64,000 nt of DNA from an uncultured virus (IMG/VR IMGVR_UViG_3300002133_000084) (taxonomy: Duplodnaviria; Heunggongvirae; Uroviricota; Caudoviricetes). Below the pieces are notes generated by a model. That model made no database searches. It was not told where the DNA came from and saw only the letters and a list, made by a program, of their open reading frames with translations. The stretch's first letter is position 1, and each line of letters begins with the position of its first letter. The translations under genes were made by a program, and so were the position numbers. The DNA is taken from IMG/VR virus record IMGVR_UViG_3300002133_000084. One strand, 5' to 3'. Below, in pieces: positions 9,501 to 17,616 of the stretch.

Positions 9501-9746
9501 CAAATTCAAAATAATGCTGGCACAGTTGGATTGGGAGCTGCATTGGGTGGCGGAGTGGCATGGAGGGCCGTTGGTGGGCCAGAGAATGTAACAGAGCCCG
9601 CCAAGAAGTTGTGGGGGAGAGCGGCAAAATGGTTAGGTGGGGCAGTGAAGAAGGCTGAACAGTTAGACTTCATGTCCAGCAATGGATTACTGGAAGAATG
9701 CGACGAAGAAGTTGTAGATGCCCTTATTGTAGAGTCCGTAGGGTAG
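6579..9746 (+). CDS. prohead maturation protease with intein and long C-terminal extension
   Basis: extein motifs FRQHKN, AVSMG|CRVPFDICSIC, YCEH, FFDISFVRKGADPTA; lies upstream of scaffold and capsid genes. Confidence 0.75.
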   Translation: MSLVKLTSFSALNNQDLPTVEPVRGSIKRASFETEYLPEILEFLSSLKRDDGNIYVIINALGGSEAWGENNNGDDFPVNTPPIIVGGKTESDWGLAPSDPEAKWGHKTFEQFAKVFRQHKNKLSEGHPEYGEPLFSAWNPGMHRVELVARVRRDEPDIADVIDKLDRNEPAAVSMGCFPAGTPIRMEDGSEKSIELIEEGDWVLTHKGNVKSVSSLKPRPYRGEMMSVRYYGRRSIDMTPEHPVLIIPKDLAVTVNHKHPRFLDDIDIDKLQWVHADHLSVDDVVVEPTFNEVRTPDWANRSLARILGYYLAEGYVIRNREKEICGINFTCHHDDALLEEISSLVESWGSPYRVSVRKRSNSESACSVEIYDSKLATICYQLCGSYASRKKIDRTLMLWDMDLQREFIGAYINGDGCQNRGKWQPGSVTISTASIRLSEQIVSMLRRLDIYASHHSIKHKPSKNSVVRRTTTEYQIHIGKGYVNLLEPYSQKIQPVSIKSDQRVRRIGNYNLFRIKEVSRAPFTGEVFNFEVDGDHSYVAGGIAVHNCRVPFDICSICDNRAKTTKEYCEHLRYNMKQMLPDGRKVKAINYKPLFFDISFVRKGADPTAFTLANVTAGEKIASSSIILSANAGYDAYGDIDAVFGKAAEDTSKTSGYKESDEKSSSIVKRVPGQIQAATSDEHQSILEQFVQKVYPKLQEKEAALPAALLDKLANDYSMSEIWSSMTAAGMYMRPDEFQRIALVQSGQNKLANDLWDNGWVFPQCDPIESDVQVDVDHIKEAVLNELSGSMADRSGYRPFLIQRVVSLDKTAGEYFEEKYVDQDYTPPVNVMPALLALGGIYAGGSVAAKSVNPVKIEEWIRRSIERSPENMRRLGDIINSRARRVKDVVAKKYWIAPAAVLGTAGLASVIDTGTSLRYKGEIYWEDPQISKTSSDKTAGFFRRAAIGIPAAYIAAGYQDVKQMQGERPGFIGRQIQNNAGTVGLGAALGGGVAWRAVGGPENVTEPAKKLWGRAAKWLGGAVKKAEQLDFMSSNGLLEECDEEVVDALIVESVG
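7107..8219 (+). mobile_element. intein (371 aa) with LAGLIDADG homing endonuclease
   Basis: starts CFPAGTPI; block B TPEHP; LGYYLAEG and FIGAYINGDG; ends FNFEVDGDHSYVAGGIAVHN followed by Cys. Confidence 0.95.
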
Positions 9747-9773
9747 ATTTTTTTAAAAACACAGCAAGTATCT

Positions 9774-9803
9774 TTGCTTCACAGGTGTGCTATGTGCCAT
9801 CTT
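9774..9803 (+). promoter_or_regulatory. putative promoter of scaffold/capsid genes
   Basis: TTGCTT-N18-CATCTT, same spacing and 14-bp 3' block as 1122-1151. Confidence 0.5.
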
Positions 9804-9869
9804 CTTATATCGAAGATTATGGGTAGCTTAGCGCGCCTATAACTATCACAATTTGTGGAGGAAACACAC

Positions 9870-10442
9870 ATGAATTCCGTCCTAAAAGATATTCTTCAGC
9901 GCGCTGGCGTAGAAGAGGGCGAAAAGTTTGCTTGGAGCGGCGCCGAGAAGACTGCCGCCGAGAAGTTGGCTTCTTTTCGCGATGGCGTCAATGAGCTGGC
10001 GCAGGGTTTGGACATCGATGGCGAAATGGCTGAGAAATTTGCCAGTGAAGCCATTGGCGGGCGCATTGCCGCTCAAGCGCTCATTCAAGAATTGGGCTAT
10101 TTGCAGAAGGCCGCTGGCTTTCGCGGTATGCTCGATAATGTTCTAATGCACGCCGGTAATGCAGGCCAGTATGCTCGTGGCTATGGTGCTGATGCCGGTA
10201 ATTGGGCGAAGCGTCAAGGCTCGAGAGCTTATGAGGGTGCCGGTAACACACTTGAGGATGTGGGCCAGAAAATGGACGGCGCATTGAACAAGGTTACTGG
10301 CGGAAGAGCTGGTAGCGGCGAAAATGATTTCTTGCGTCGTAGGGGCCGTCAGGTTGCTGGTGGCGCTGGTATTGCTGCTGCTGGCGGTGGCGCATACGCC
10401 GGTATCCAGGCTGTTCGTAGTCGCTATAGCGGCGGCCAGTAA
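9870..10442 (+). CDS. putative core/scaffold-associated protein
   Basis: ATG after GGAGG; EKFA, EKTA, EKLA, QKAA motifs; C-terminal glycine zipper. Confidence 0.6.
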   Translation: MNSVLKDILQRAGVEEGEKFAWSGAEKTAAEKLASFRDGVNELAQGLDIDGEMAEKFASEAIGGRIAAQALIQELGYLQKAAGFRGMLDNVLMHAGNAGQYARGYGADAGNWAKRQGSRAYEGAGNTLEDVGQKMDGALNKVTGGRAGSGENDFLRRRGRQVAGGAGIAAAGGGAYAGIQAVRSRYSGGQ

Positions 10443-10457
10443 ATTCGAAATTTTACT

Positions 10458-10476
10458 ATACCCTTATTTTGGGTAT
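10458..10476. promoter_or_regulatory. ATACCC-N7-GGGTAT palindrome copy 1
   Basis: ATACCC TTATTTT GGGTAT, intergenic. Confidence 0.7.
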
Positions 10477-10500
10477 TAAAAGAGAAAGTAGGATAACGAT

Positions 10501-11007
10501 ATGAGCAAGACAGCAAGACTGCTGGGTGGCCAAGAGAAATTATCTCAAGACGAGCTACTCAAGACAGCCGGCCACATGGCCGCTGAGCGCGCTCAGTACA
10601 TCCTGAAGGAAGCTGCTGAAATGGACGAAGTCATCGAGAAGTTGGCTTCGACGTCCGACGAAGAGCTTGAAGAGCAGTATGGCAAATATGTCAAGATGGG
10701 CCACGATATGGCCATCGGTATTTTCGCTGCTCAAATAAAAGTAGCCATGGAAATGGAAGAGGCTGAAGCTGCCGAAGCGGAAGCTGGCGCTGGTGAAAAT
10801 GGTGAAATTCAGGAAATACTGGACACTGTAGCGGCTCAGGCCGCTGAAGAAATTGCGTCGCAGGTTCCGCCCGAGGCGCTAGAAGATCCGCAGGTTCAGG
10901 AAGAGATTGCCGCAGCTGCAGAAGAGGCGGCTGTACAGATTATCGAGGAGGCCATCGCGGCGTCCGAAGGTGCTGGTGAGGGCGCCGAAGAATATCCCGC
11001 AGAATAA
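10501..11007 (+). CDS. acidic helical scaffold-like protein
   Basis: very E/A-rich; several K-x-A motifs; between protease and capsid genes. Confidence 0.6.
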   Translation: MSKTARLLGGQEKLSQDELLKTAGHMAAERAQYILKEAAEMDEVIEKLASTSDEELEEQYGKYVKMGHDMAIGIFAAQIKVAMEMEEAEAAEAEAGAGENGEIQEILDTVAAQAAEEIASQVPPEALEDPQVQEEIAAAAEEAAVQIIEEAIAASEGAGEGAEEYPAE

Positions 11008-11019
11008 CGGGAGGGCCTA

Positions 11020-11625
11020 ATGCTTTCAATACAGGAAATAATGGAGCAGAAATTGCGCGAGGCGGGAGTCGGTGATGATCCCTCCGCTGAGGAGAAGGTT
11101 GCCTCGGACGCAACGGAAGCTACCAGTAAAGAAAACGTCGAGCCTAAGAGCGAGGAAGCGCCGAGCGATGAGTCGCCCGCCGTAGAGAAAATCGCCTCCC
11201 TTTTGCGTAAGATGGCTGAAGAGGATTCTGATGAAGCTCCCGCTGAGAAGGCAAAGGCGAAAGCTAAGCCCCCCAAGGCTAAGGATGAATCGGATGAGGA
11301 AGTTGAAAAAGTAGCAGAAGCCTTGGCTACATATGCAGCAGTTCACGAGGCACTAAACGGGAGTGACTCTCCTTCGGAGAAGATCGCCGCCGGCCTAGGT
11401 TCCCTGGGTAAGTACGTATCGAAGCCCGTTGCAATGGGTGCTGGCGCAGCCGCTGGGGCGGGTTACATGGGTTACGCTGCGGGCAAAAAGAAGGAGCGTG
11501 CAAACGATCCTAAGATTTATGTTGCCGGCGCGCGCATGGGCGCATCTCGTATGTATCAGCACATGTCGGGCCAGAGTAAGAAAGCTGAATACATCTACAG
11601 CCGCTTGACGGGGAAAGGTGCTTAA
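11020..11625 (+). CDS. scaffold/core-like protein
   Basis: acidic N-terminal half with EKVA, EKIA, RKMA, EKVA, EKIA; glycine-zipper C-terminal half. Confidence 0.6.
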   Translation: MLSIQEIMEQKLREAGVGDDPSAEEKVASDATEATSKENVEPKSEEAPSDESPAVEKIASLLRKMAEEDSDEAPAEKAKAKAKPPKAKDESDEEVEKVAEALATYAAVHEALNGSDSPSEKIAAGLGSLGKYVSKPVAMGAGAAAGAGYMGYAAGKKKERANDPKIYVAGARMGASRMYQHMSGQSKKAEYIYSRLTGKGA

Positions 11626-11627
11626 TC

Positions 11628-11978
11628 ATGAATCGTAAAGAAGTCATGATAAAGGCCGCTGAGGAAATTGAAGTCCTCGAAAAGACGGCCGCCGAGTTGC
11701 GCGAGGAAAACGAGCAGCTCAAGAAGCAGATTGCCGACACAGAGCATGAAAGTCGTTGTGTTAAGATTGCTCAGTCGATGGCGGACTCCGGGATGATCTC
11801 GGAAGATGAGGTAATTGCGCAGTCAAAAGTGCTCAAGTCGATGTCTGGCGACGAGCTAGCAATTGAAGAGCGGGCTATAGAGTTGTCGGGACATCCGAAG
11901 GTGGCGTCGTTGTCGCGCGACACACAGGATAGTTCGACTGATCCGCGTGAAAAGTTCTACCAAGAGTGGAACCAGTAA
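11628..11978 (+). CDS. coiled-coil scaffold-like protein
   Basis: heptad pattern; IKAA, EKTA, VKIA, PKVA; directly upstream of decoration and capsid genes. Confidence 0.6.
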   Translation: MNRKEVMIKAAEEIEVLEKTAAELREENEQLKKQIADTEHESRCVKIAQSMADSGMISEDEVIAQSKVLKSMSGDELAIEERAIELSGHPKVASLSRDTQDSSTDPREKFYQEWNQ

Positions 11979-11996
11979 ACACTCTCACATTCTACC

Positions 11997-12015
11997 ATAC
12001 CCCTAATGTTGGTAT
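11997..12015. promoter_or_regulatory. palindrome copy 2
   Basis: ATACCC CTAATGT TGGTAT. Confidence 0.65.
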
Positions 12016-12050
12016 GGCGGTGAGATAATTCGAGAAACGAGGAGATTACC

Positions 12051-12500
12051 ATGTATCTCAAAGTTCACACTGATATGACTCGGATCACTCGCGAGCCCGT
12101 GTCCGTTCCCTCTGGTTTTAACTGGGAGACGGATCAGTTCGATGAGGGTGAGTGGGTTGCAGTCGACGCTAATGGCGCGGCCGCACACGTTACCACCGAT
12201 CCGGTTACACATCTAAACGTATTTCCGCTATTCACGGGCACGAGTCGTCAAGACGTGCGCTTCGTGGATGGCTTGACGGTTATCAAGGGTTCGTTTGTTG
12301 GTGAGACGGACAACTTTACCGGCACACCGGCCATCAATGGCCTGTTGACAGTAGAAACTAACGGCGGATCACCGGATCAGGGGCGCTTGCGCGCTGCTAC
12401 CACTGGTGAAATCGTCATCGCCGTCGTTGAGAAAGCCGCTGTAAGTGGCACCAACGGCCTGATCTTTCGTCGGCTGGAAGGCTACGGAGTGGCTCCCTAA
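12051..12500 (+). CDS. putative head decoration (cement) protein
   Basis: 149 aa, beta/Gly-rich, strong AGGAG RBS, immediately before capsid gene. Confidence 0.55.
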   Translation: MYLKVHTDMTRITREPVSVPSGFNWETDQFDEGEWVAVDANGAAAHVTTDPVTHLNVFPLFTGTSRQDVRFVDGLTVIKGSFVGETDNFTGTPAINGLLTVETNGGSPDQGRLRAATTGEIVIAVVEKAAVSGTNGLIFRRLEGYGVAP

Positions 12501-12551
12501 TAGGGCCGCCAAGCAATTAGCTATAACGATCACTATTTGGGGAGGAAAGAT

Positions 12552-13508
12552 ATGTCTCTCAATTTCGCTGCGCCCACCAACCGGCAGATGGTAGAATCTC
12601 TGCGTACGAGCGAGGGCCAGAACAAGTTCGCTCAGAAAGCTGGTGAGTACATACGCGACAAGTTGCGCGAAACCAGCGTCTTCGATCAGATTTTGGCTCC
12701 GCAGCCAGTCACCGAAGATGAGTTGGTGCCGGGTATTTCTGACGGCTCCAGCACAACAGTTCCGGGCAATACCAGCAACACCCAGGGTGACACAGTTCAC
12801 GTTATCCGCGACATCCAGATCGGCGCCACGGCGATGCTCATGGATTTCCGCGGCCAGCCGAAAGCTCAGTTCATCAACGGCCGTCGCTTTGCGATTCCGT
12901 TTGGTGTAGTCACCACACAGCGTTACGAAAAAACACAGGAAGAGCTCCTGGCGTCGAAGTACGACATCCTGAAAGTTCTCGAAGATACCGCGTATCTCGA
13001 AACGCACACGCAGAAGGACGTTAAGTTCCTCGATTATTGCGAGCAGGCCGTCGCTACCACTGGCCAGGCCTTGACGGCCGACGGCCCGATGCAGCGCGAC
13101 ACGTTCCGCGCCATTCAGCACCCGGCGTTGCAGAACCAGTTGCAGTCGACTGTTCTATTGATGTCCAAAGCGGCCTTTACGGACTTAGGCCTGTGGGATA
13201 GCATCGACTTGGACTCGAAGGTTTCGGAAGTTACGGAAAACGGTTACGTGATGGCCAAAGTGGCCGGCATGAAGTACGTCATCAGCCTCAAGTCGAGCTT
13301 GTTCGACACCTACGCCGGCGGCAAATTGGCGACGACGAAGGTTTGGGCGTTCCCCGATCCGGAATTCTTGGGATATAACTTTTTTCTCAATGAATATCAG
13401 GTATGGAATTCTTGGGAAGCCAACTTGTGGCGCTTCCAGGGTTGGCAGACAATCGGTGCCGGTTTTGGTAATATCAACGGCATAACGAAAGTCACCGTCA
13501 CGTATTAA
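12552..13508 (+). CDS. major capsid protein
   Basis: ~318 aa from ATG after GGAGG; protease-scaffold-decoration-capsid-neck synteny; C-terminal G-x-G-x-x-N-x-x-G-I-x-K-V pattern. Confidence 0.75.
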   Translation: MSLNFAAPTNRQMVESLRTSEGQNKFAQKAGEYIRDKLRETSVFDQILAPQPVTEDELVPGISDGSSTTVPGNTSNTQGDTVHVIRDIQIGATAMLMDFRGQPKAQFINGRRFAIPFGVVTTQRYEKTQEELLASKYDILKVLEDTAYLETHTQKDVKFLDYCEQAVATTGQALTADGPMQRDTFRAIQHPALQNQLQSTVLLMSKAAFTDLGLWDSIDLDSKVSEVTENGYVMAKVAGMKYVISLKSSLFDTYAGGKLATTKVWAFPDPEFLGYNFFLNEYQVWNSWEANLWRFQGWQTIGAGFGNINGITKVTVTY

Positions 13509-13510
13509 GC

Positions 13511-13529
13511 ATACCCTTAATAAAGGTAT
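13511..13529. promoter_or_regulatory. palindrome copy 3
   Basis: ATACCC TTAATAA AGGTAT, just after the capsid stop codon. Confidence 0.65.
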
Positions 13530-13534
13530 AAGCA

Positions 13535-13909
13535 ATGTCTGAGTGGAAGGTTACAAACGTCTCCCACCAGCGTCCCAAGAAGGGCCAGGATCAAGTGGTG
13601 GCTCGCGTCATCAGCTTTGGTTCTGGCCCACTGGAACCCGGTGATTCTCGGATTATTCACGAGATCCCCGGCTCCATTGAAGGAATGGTTACTCCGCCCT
13701 CAGCCAAAGATGGCATCCTCTCTATTGAGGATCTATCCAACCCTGAGCCTAATCCCATTGTGGAGCTAGTAGAAGCAGTGGAAGAGGAAGTGGTGGAAGT
13801 GGAATTGGAGGAGGATAGCGCGCGCGAATCATCGGAAGATGAAGTCGACGAGCAGGACGAATCCAGCAGCCAACCCGGGCGCAAAAGTGGGAAGCGCCGT
13901 AAACGCTAA
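13535..13909 (+). CDS. hypothetical protein with acidic tract and basic tail
   Basis: 124 aa ORF following the capsid gene. Confidence 0.65.
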   Translation: MSEWKVTNVSHQRPKKGQDQVVARVISFGSGPLEPGDSRIIHEIPGSIEGMVTPPSAKDGILSIEDLSNPEPNPIVELVEAVEEEVVEVELEEDSARESSEDEVDEQDESSSQPGRKSGKRRKR

Positions 13910-13925
13910 ATAGAAAGAGTTCACC

Positions 13926-14381
13926 TTGGCGTTATCTCAAAAAGCGCAAGAAGCAATGAGGAATGAGCTTCGTCTCACCTTAGCTGACTACGCCGATATG
14001 AACGAGATGGTGGACGGCGAGGTGCTAAACGATGATCACTATCGTTTGGCCCTCGAGCGCGCCATACAAGATTGGAACAATACGCCGCCCATGATCGATA
14101 CCTTGACTCTCGAAAGTGTAGAGGGGCATCCAGGTGAGCATCTGATCTACGGGCGAGCGGCAGTAGAGTTGCTCAGGACGGAATTTTACACCCGCGTACG
14201 CAATGCGGTGGATATAAGTGACGGGGGTGCTTCCGTCTCTAATACAAATAAGGCACAGCTCCTATTATCTCAGGCCAGAGAGCTTAGAGATGAGATTGAG
14301 CAGAAGAAGCTAGAGTTAAAAGTTACGCTAAACCTTAATGCGGGCTGGGGTGGAATTGAGTCATCGTACTCTTACTACTAA
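13926..14381 (+). CDS. putative head-tail adaptor
   Basis: 151 aa helical protein with ISDGGASVS hairpin; neck position. Confidence 0.55.
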   Translation: MALSQKAQEAMRNELRLTLADYADMNEMVDGEVLNDDHYRLALERAIQDWNNTPPMIDTLTLESVEGHPGEHLIYGRAAVELLRTEFYTRVRNAVDISDGGASVSNTNKAQLLLSQARELRDEIEQKKLELKVTLNLNAGWGGIESSYSYY

Positions 14382-14406
14382 GCCACAGCTCTGAGAGTAT
14401 AGGCGC

Positions 14407-14997
14407 ATGGCCGAAAGGAAACAAGCGGGGCTATTTCACGAGCTACAAGAAGCGCGCCGGTGTCTTATCGGCCTCTTCCGGGCATACTTCGCCCAGCAAA
14501 CGGATCACCCCAACTTCCTATTCGACAATCAACTTAAAGACTCTCGACTCTGGATCGGCGATCAGTATCCAACCGATCTAGGGGAAACCGATCTACGGCC
14601 GGCCATAATCACCTCGCGCGGTGAATTCTCTAGGGAAAACACTGGAATAGGGGATGGGCTGGTTGATTACGACGTAGCCAGGGGAGATAAAATATTTACC
14701 CGTCCCTACGTTGGCGTCATTGTCGCTCGATGCGTCGCCCCAGAAGGCCTTGAGGCCGAGCAGCTGGCCTGGATTGTGGAGGACTTAGTAAATCTGGAAC
14801 GAGTGGAGATTATAAAGAGATCGCCTATAAGCGAAGTTCTCAATACCTCCATCGGCGCAGAGAGTCCTTACGAATCAAACAATCCGGAATTGGACTGGGT
14901 AGAAGTTCCAGTTCAGATACAGATCCGCCTCCAGTACAGCTACACGGTGACTCGTGATGCACCTGTCCTTGAGGAAATTGGAATCAATATCAGGTAG
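14407..14997 (+). CDS. putative tail terminator/neck protein
   Basis: 196 aa immediately before sheath; P-A-I-I-x-x-R-G motif. Confidence 0.5.
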   Translation: MAERKQAGLFHELQEARRCLIGLFRAYFAQQTDHPNFLFDNQLKDSRLWIGDQYPTDLGETDLRPAIITSRGEFSRENTGIGDGLVDYDVARGDKIFTRPYVGVIVARCVAPEGLEAEQLAWIVEDLVNLERVEIIKRSPISEVLNTSIGAESPYESNNPELDWVEVPVQIQIRLQYSYTVTRDAPVLEEIGINIR

Positions 14998-15013
14998 TTA
15001 AGGAGATCTAAAT

Positions 15014-16807
15014 ATGGCTTACGCTAAGCCCGATATCAAGGTAACACAGATCTTTACTTCGATCGCCGCCACCGCGCTGACGCCGAACTTATTGCCGGCC
15101 TTAGCGGGTGAAGTGTATCAGGTAGAGAAAAAGCTGGAGGCCGGCACTTATACTGGCGCCTCTGCTACACTGGCCTATCCCAGTAAAAAGTCGGGTGCCG
15201 TAATCGACACAACGACATATACGCCGTCAGTGTATATCCGCCACGGCGGAATCGACTATGATGTGACAACAGCTGCCACCATCGACGCCACAGACGTCGA
15301 CTTGGGCACTAATGTCGAGTATGAAATTCAGGCATCCTCTTCGACAGGTGCCATTGTATCGTATGCCTTTACCGATGTGAACGCTCTGTTCATCACAAAC
15401 GGCGTTGCGGCTGGAGACTTTGTTAAAATCGGCGCCAACTACTATGAGATCGCCTCGGTTGACTCGGAGACTCAGGTAACAATGCTCGTCGCTCCGGGCG
15501 ATGCCGCAAGCCAGACGTACACGATCGAGCGTCGACTGCTCGGCAAGGTGTACATCTCGTATCGCGCCTCGCGCACGGATTCGGCCGTCTCAGGTGGCTA
15601 TCTGGAAATCGGCTCATTGTCCGACTTGCAGACTCTATTCGGTGTCAATGCCGTTGCTACGCCGGAAAATCCGCTCGGCTATGGCATGTTCCTAGCGTAT
15701 TCGGCTGGTAACACGCGCGTGGGTGGATACGGTGTCGATCCTACGGCTTCTTCGGCCACTGAGTATGCCGCGGCTCTGGACATCTTTAAGACGAAGACGG
15801 TATACCACCTAGTTCCATTGACGATGAATACCTCGTACCAAGACTTGTTTATCAGCCACGCTAACACTATGTCGACGGCTGCGAAAAAGAAGGAGCGTCG
15901 CGTGTACATCGGGCGCGATATGCAAGACTCGGACGTAGTGGATTCTGGCGCTAACGGCGCTACGAACGTCGGTGGAACCGTCTTCACGGCTACTGGACAG
16001 AATTTTCTAACCACGATCAAAGCGGGCGATAAAATTAAAGTCGGCTCAGAGACAGAGGTGGTTATCTCGGCTGTTACGGATAACGAGAACCTGGCGCTGG
16101 AAACAGCTGTCACCGGCTCTTTAACATCGCAAGCCTTTACCATCACTCGCTACTACGCCAAGGATCAGCAGGTTTCCAACGCTGTCGCTGTCGCCTCTGG
16201 GATCGCCAATATGCGAGTTACCCTCGTAGGCCCCAGTAAAGTCGACGTCGATGTGAATGGCACAACCACCACCGTTGACTCGTTTTACTTGGCCGCGATC
16301 AAAGCGGGCATGCAGGCTGGTAATAACATTGGCCGCCCGCTCATCAATAAGTCGGCTCCTGGAATCCTTGGAGTCAATAAGGGATCGGATTATTTCACTG
16401 AAGATCAGCTGGATGCCATCGCTGGTTCGGGCTGGCAGCTATTTGTGCAGGACGCCGCTGGCGCTCCGTGCTATTGCCGCGACGAGCTTACTACCGATCA
16501 GTCGTCTGGGCCCAAGTTCGGCCAGGAGATAGAGGTTATCGCGCGCGACTATGCTAGCTACACCTTCCGCGATACGCTGCGTCCGCAGATCGGCAACTTT
16601 AATATCACGGAAGATACACTATCTATCTTGCGTGTTTCGCTTGAGGGCGCCATTGCTGCTCTTAAAAAGCTAGAGTACAAGCCTTTCAGTGCTATGTCAA
16701 TTGGCAAGTTCGAAGCTAGTACCTCTAATCCGGGGCGCGTCGAAGCGTCTGTTACGGCAACGCAAAACGATCCGTATACCGGCATGGATATTGATTTCAT
16801 CATCTAA
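15014..16807 (+). CDS. tail sheath protein
   Basis: 597 aa; N-terminal YAKPDIKV; sheath-like FTEDQLDAIAGSG, RDELTTD and IGNFNIT motifs; precedes tube. Confidence 0.85.
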   Translation: MAYAKPDIKVTQIFTSIAATALTPNLLPALAGEVYQVEKKLEAGTYTGASATLAYPSKKSGAVIDTTTYTPSVYIRHGGIDYDVTTAATIDATDVDLGTNVEYEIQASSSTGAIVSYAFTDVNALFITNGVAAGDFVKIGANYYEIASVDSETQVTMLVAPGDAASQTYTIERRLLGKVYISYRASRTDSAVSGGYLEIGSLSDLQTLFGVNAVATPENPLGYGMFLAYSAGNTRVGGYGVDPTASSATEYAAALDIFKTKTVYHLVPLTMNTSYQDLFISHANTMSTAAKKKERRVYIGRDMQDSDVVDSGANGATNVGGTVFTATGQNFLTTIKAGDKIKVGSETEVVISAVTDNENLALETAVTGSLTSQAFTITRYYAKDQQVSNAVAVASGIANMRVTLVGPSKVDVDVNGTTTTVDSFYLAAIKAGMQAGNNIGRPLINKSAPGILGVNKGSDYFTEDQLDAIAGSGWQLFVQDAAGAPCYCRDELTTDQSSGPKFGQEIEVIARDYASYTFRDTLRPQIGNFNITEDTLSILRVSLEGAIAALKKLEYKPFSAMSIGKFEASTSNPGRVEASVTATQNDPYTGMDIDFII

Positions 16808-16808
16808 T

Positions 16809-16827
16809 ATACCCCCAATAAGGGTAT
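16809..16827. promoter_or_regulatory. palindrome copy 4
   Basis: ATACCC CCAATAA GGGTAT, just after the sheath stop codon. Confidence 0.7.
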
Positions 16828-16851
16828 AGGTGATAAAGAAAGGAAAAGACA

Positions 16852-17529
16852 ATGGCTTTAGGAGCACCTTCAGACACTTCAACCAAAACTACGACTTACG
16901 ATAATTGGACATTTGATAATCGACTTATTCCAAATGTCATATCGACGCAGTTTGCTTCATCGAAGACAGTCTTAATCGCTGCTGGCCCGCCCAGATTTGA
17001 CGATAAAGTGACATCCACAACTCTGCACCCAATCGGCTTGGTGCAGGATTTTAATATGCAGCAAAACAATGTATTAAATGAGGTTTATGAAATTGGATCT
17101 CGTGGAAAATACTTTGTACAGGGAAGAAGTAGCCGAAACGCCACCCTTTCCCGATTGATCATACATGGCCCGTCGTTATTGCGTGCAATGTATCAAGAAT
17201 CGGGAGAATGGCCTGCTACTACTTATACAACAGACGCGGAGGCTCCAGCCAAGGCGCAAAATTCAATGATGTACATCAACATGGCCTCTCGATTTTTTGA
17301 GAGGCCTACCGGACTGTATGTACGCATTGAATCCATGCAGCACGGTAATGACGGCACCACCGTCACAAACGGTACGAAAAATGAAGATTTAGGCACAACG
17401 GCACAGATAGGATCGTTTTATCTGGAAGAGGTGTATGTTCGCGCGCACGCGCTTTCTGTTGGCGCTAGTCAGACGGTGGTTGGTGAAAATATCACCATCT
17501 CGTTTGATGAAGTTGTGCCCGTCGGCTAA
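16852..17529 (+). CDS. tail tube protein
   Basis: follows sheath; IGLVQDF, VYEIGS and ENITISFD tube-type strands. Confidence 0.8.
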   Translation: MALGAPSDTSTKTTTYDNWTFDNRLIPNVISTQFASSKTVLIAAGPPRFDDKVTSTTLHPIGLVQDFNMQQNNVLNEVYEIGSRGKYFVQGRSSRNATLSRLIIHGPSLLRAMYQESGEWPATTYTTDAEAPAKAQNSMMYINMASRFFERPTGLYVRIESMQHGNDGTTVTNGTKNEDLGTTAQIGSFYLEEVYVRAHALSVGASQTVVGENITISFDEVVPVG

Positions 17530-17564
17530 GTAGAGATTAGCTCACTTCGCGGTGAATATTAAGA

Positions 17565-17602
17565 CGGGGCGCACTCAAAATAGTAGGGTGCGCCCCGCTT
17601 TT
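17565..17602 (+). terminator. intrinsic terminator after tube gene
   Basis: CGGGGCGCACTC/GGGTGCGCCCCG stem followed by CTTTT. Confidence 0.7.
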
Positions 17603-17616
17603 ACTATAGCGATACG

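Noticed and set aside
12369..13121. 250-aa minus-strand ORF and the many other antisense or nested ORFs in the track
   Set aside because: They shadow well-supported genes on the opposite strand and lack recognisable motifs.
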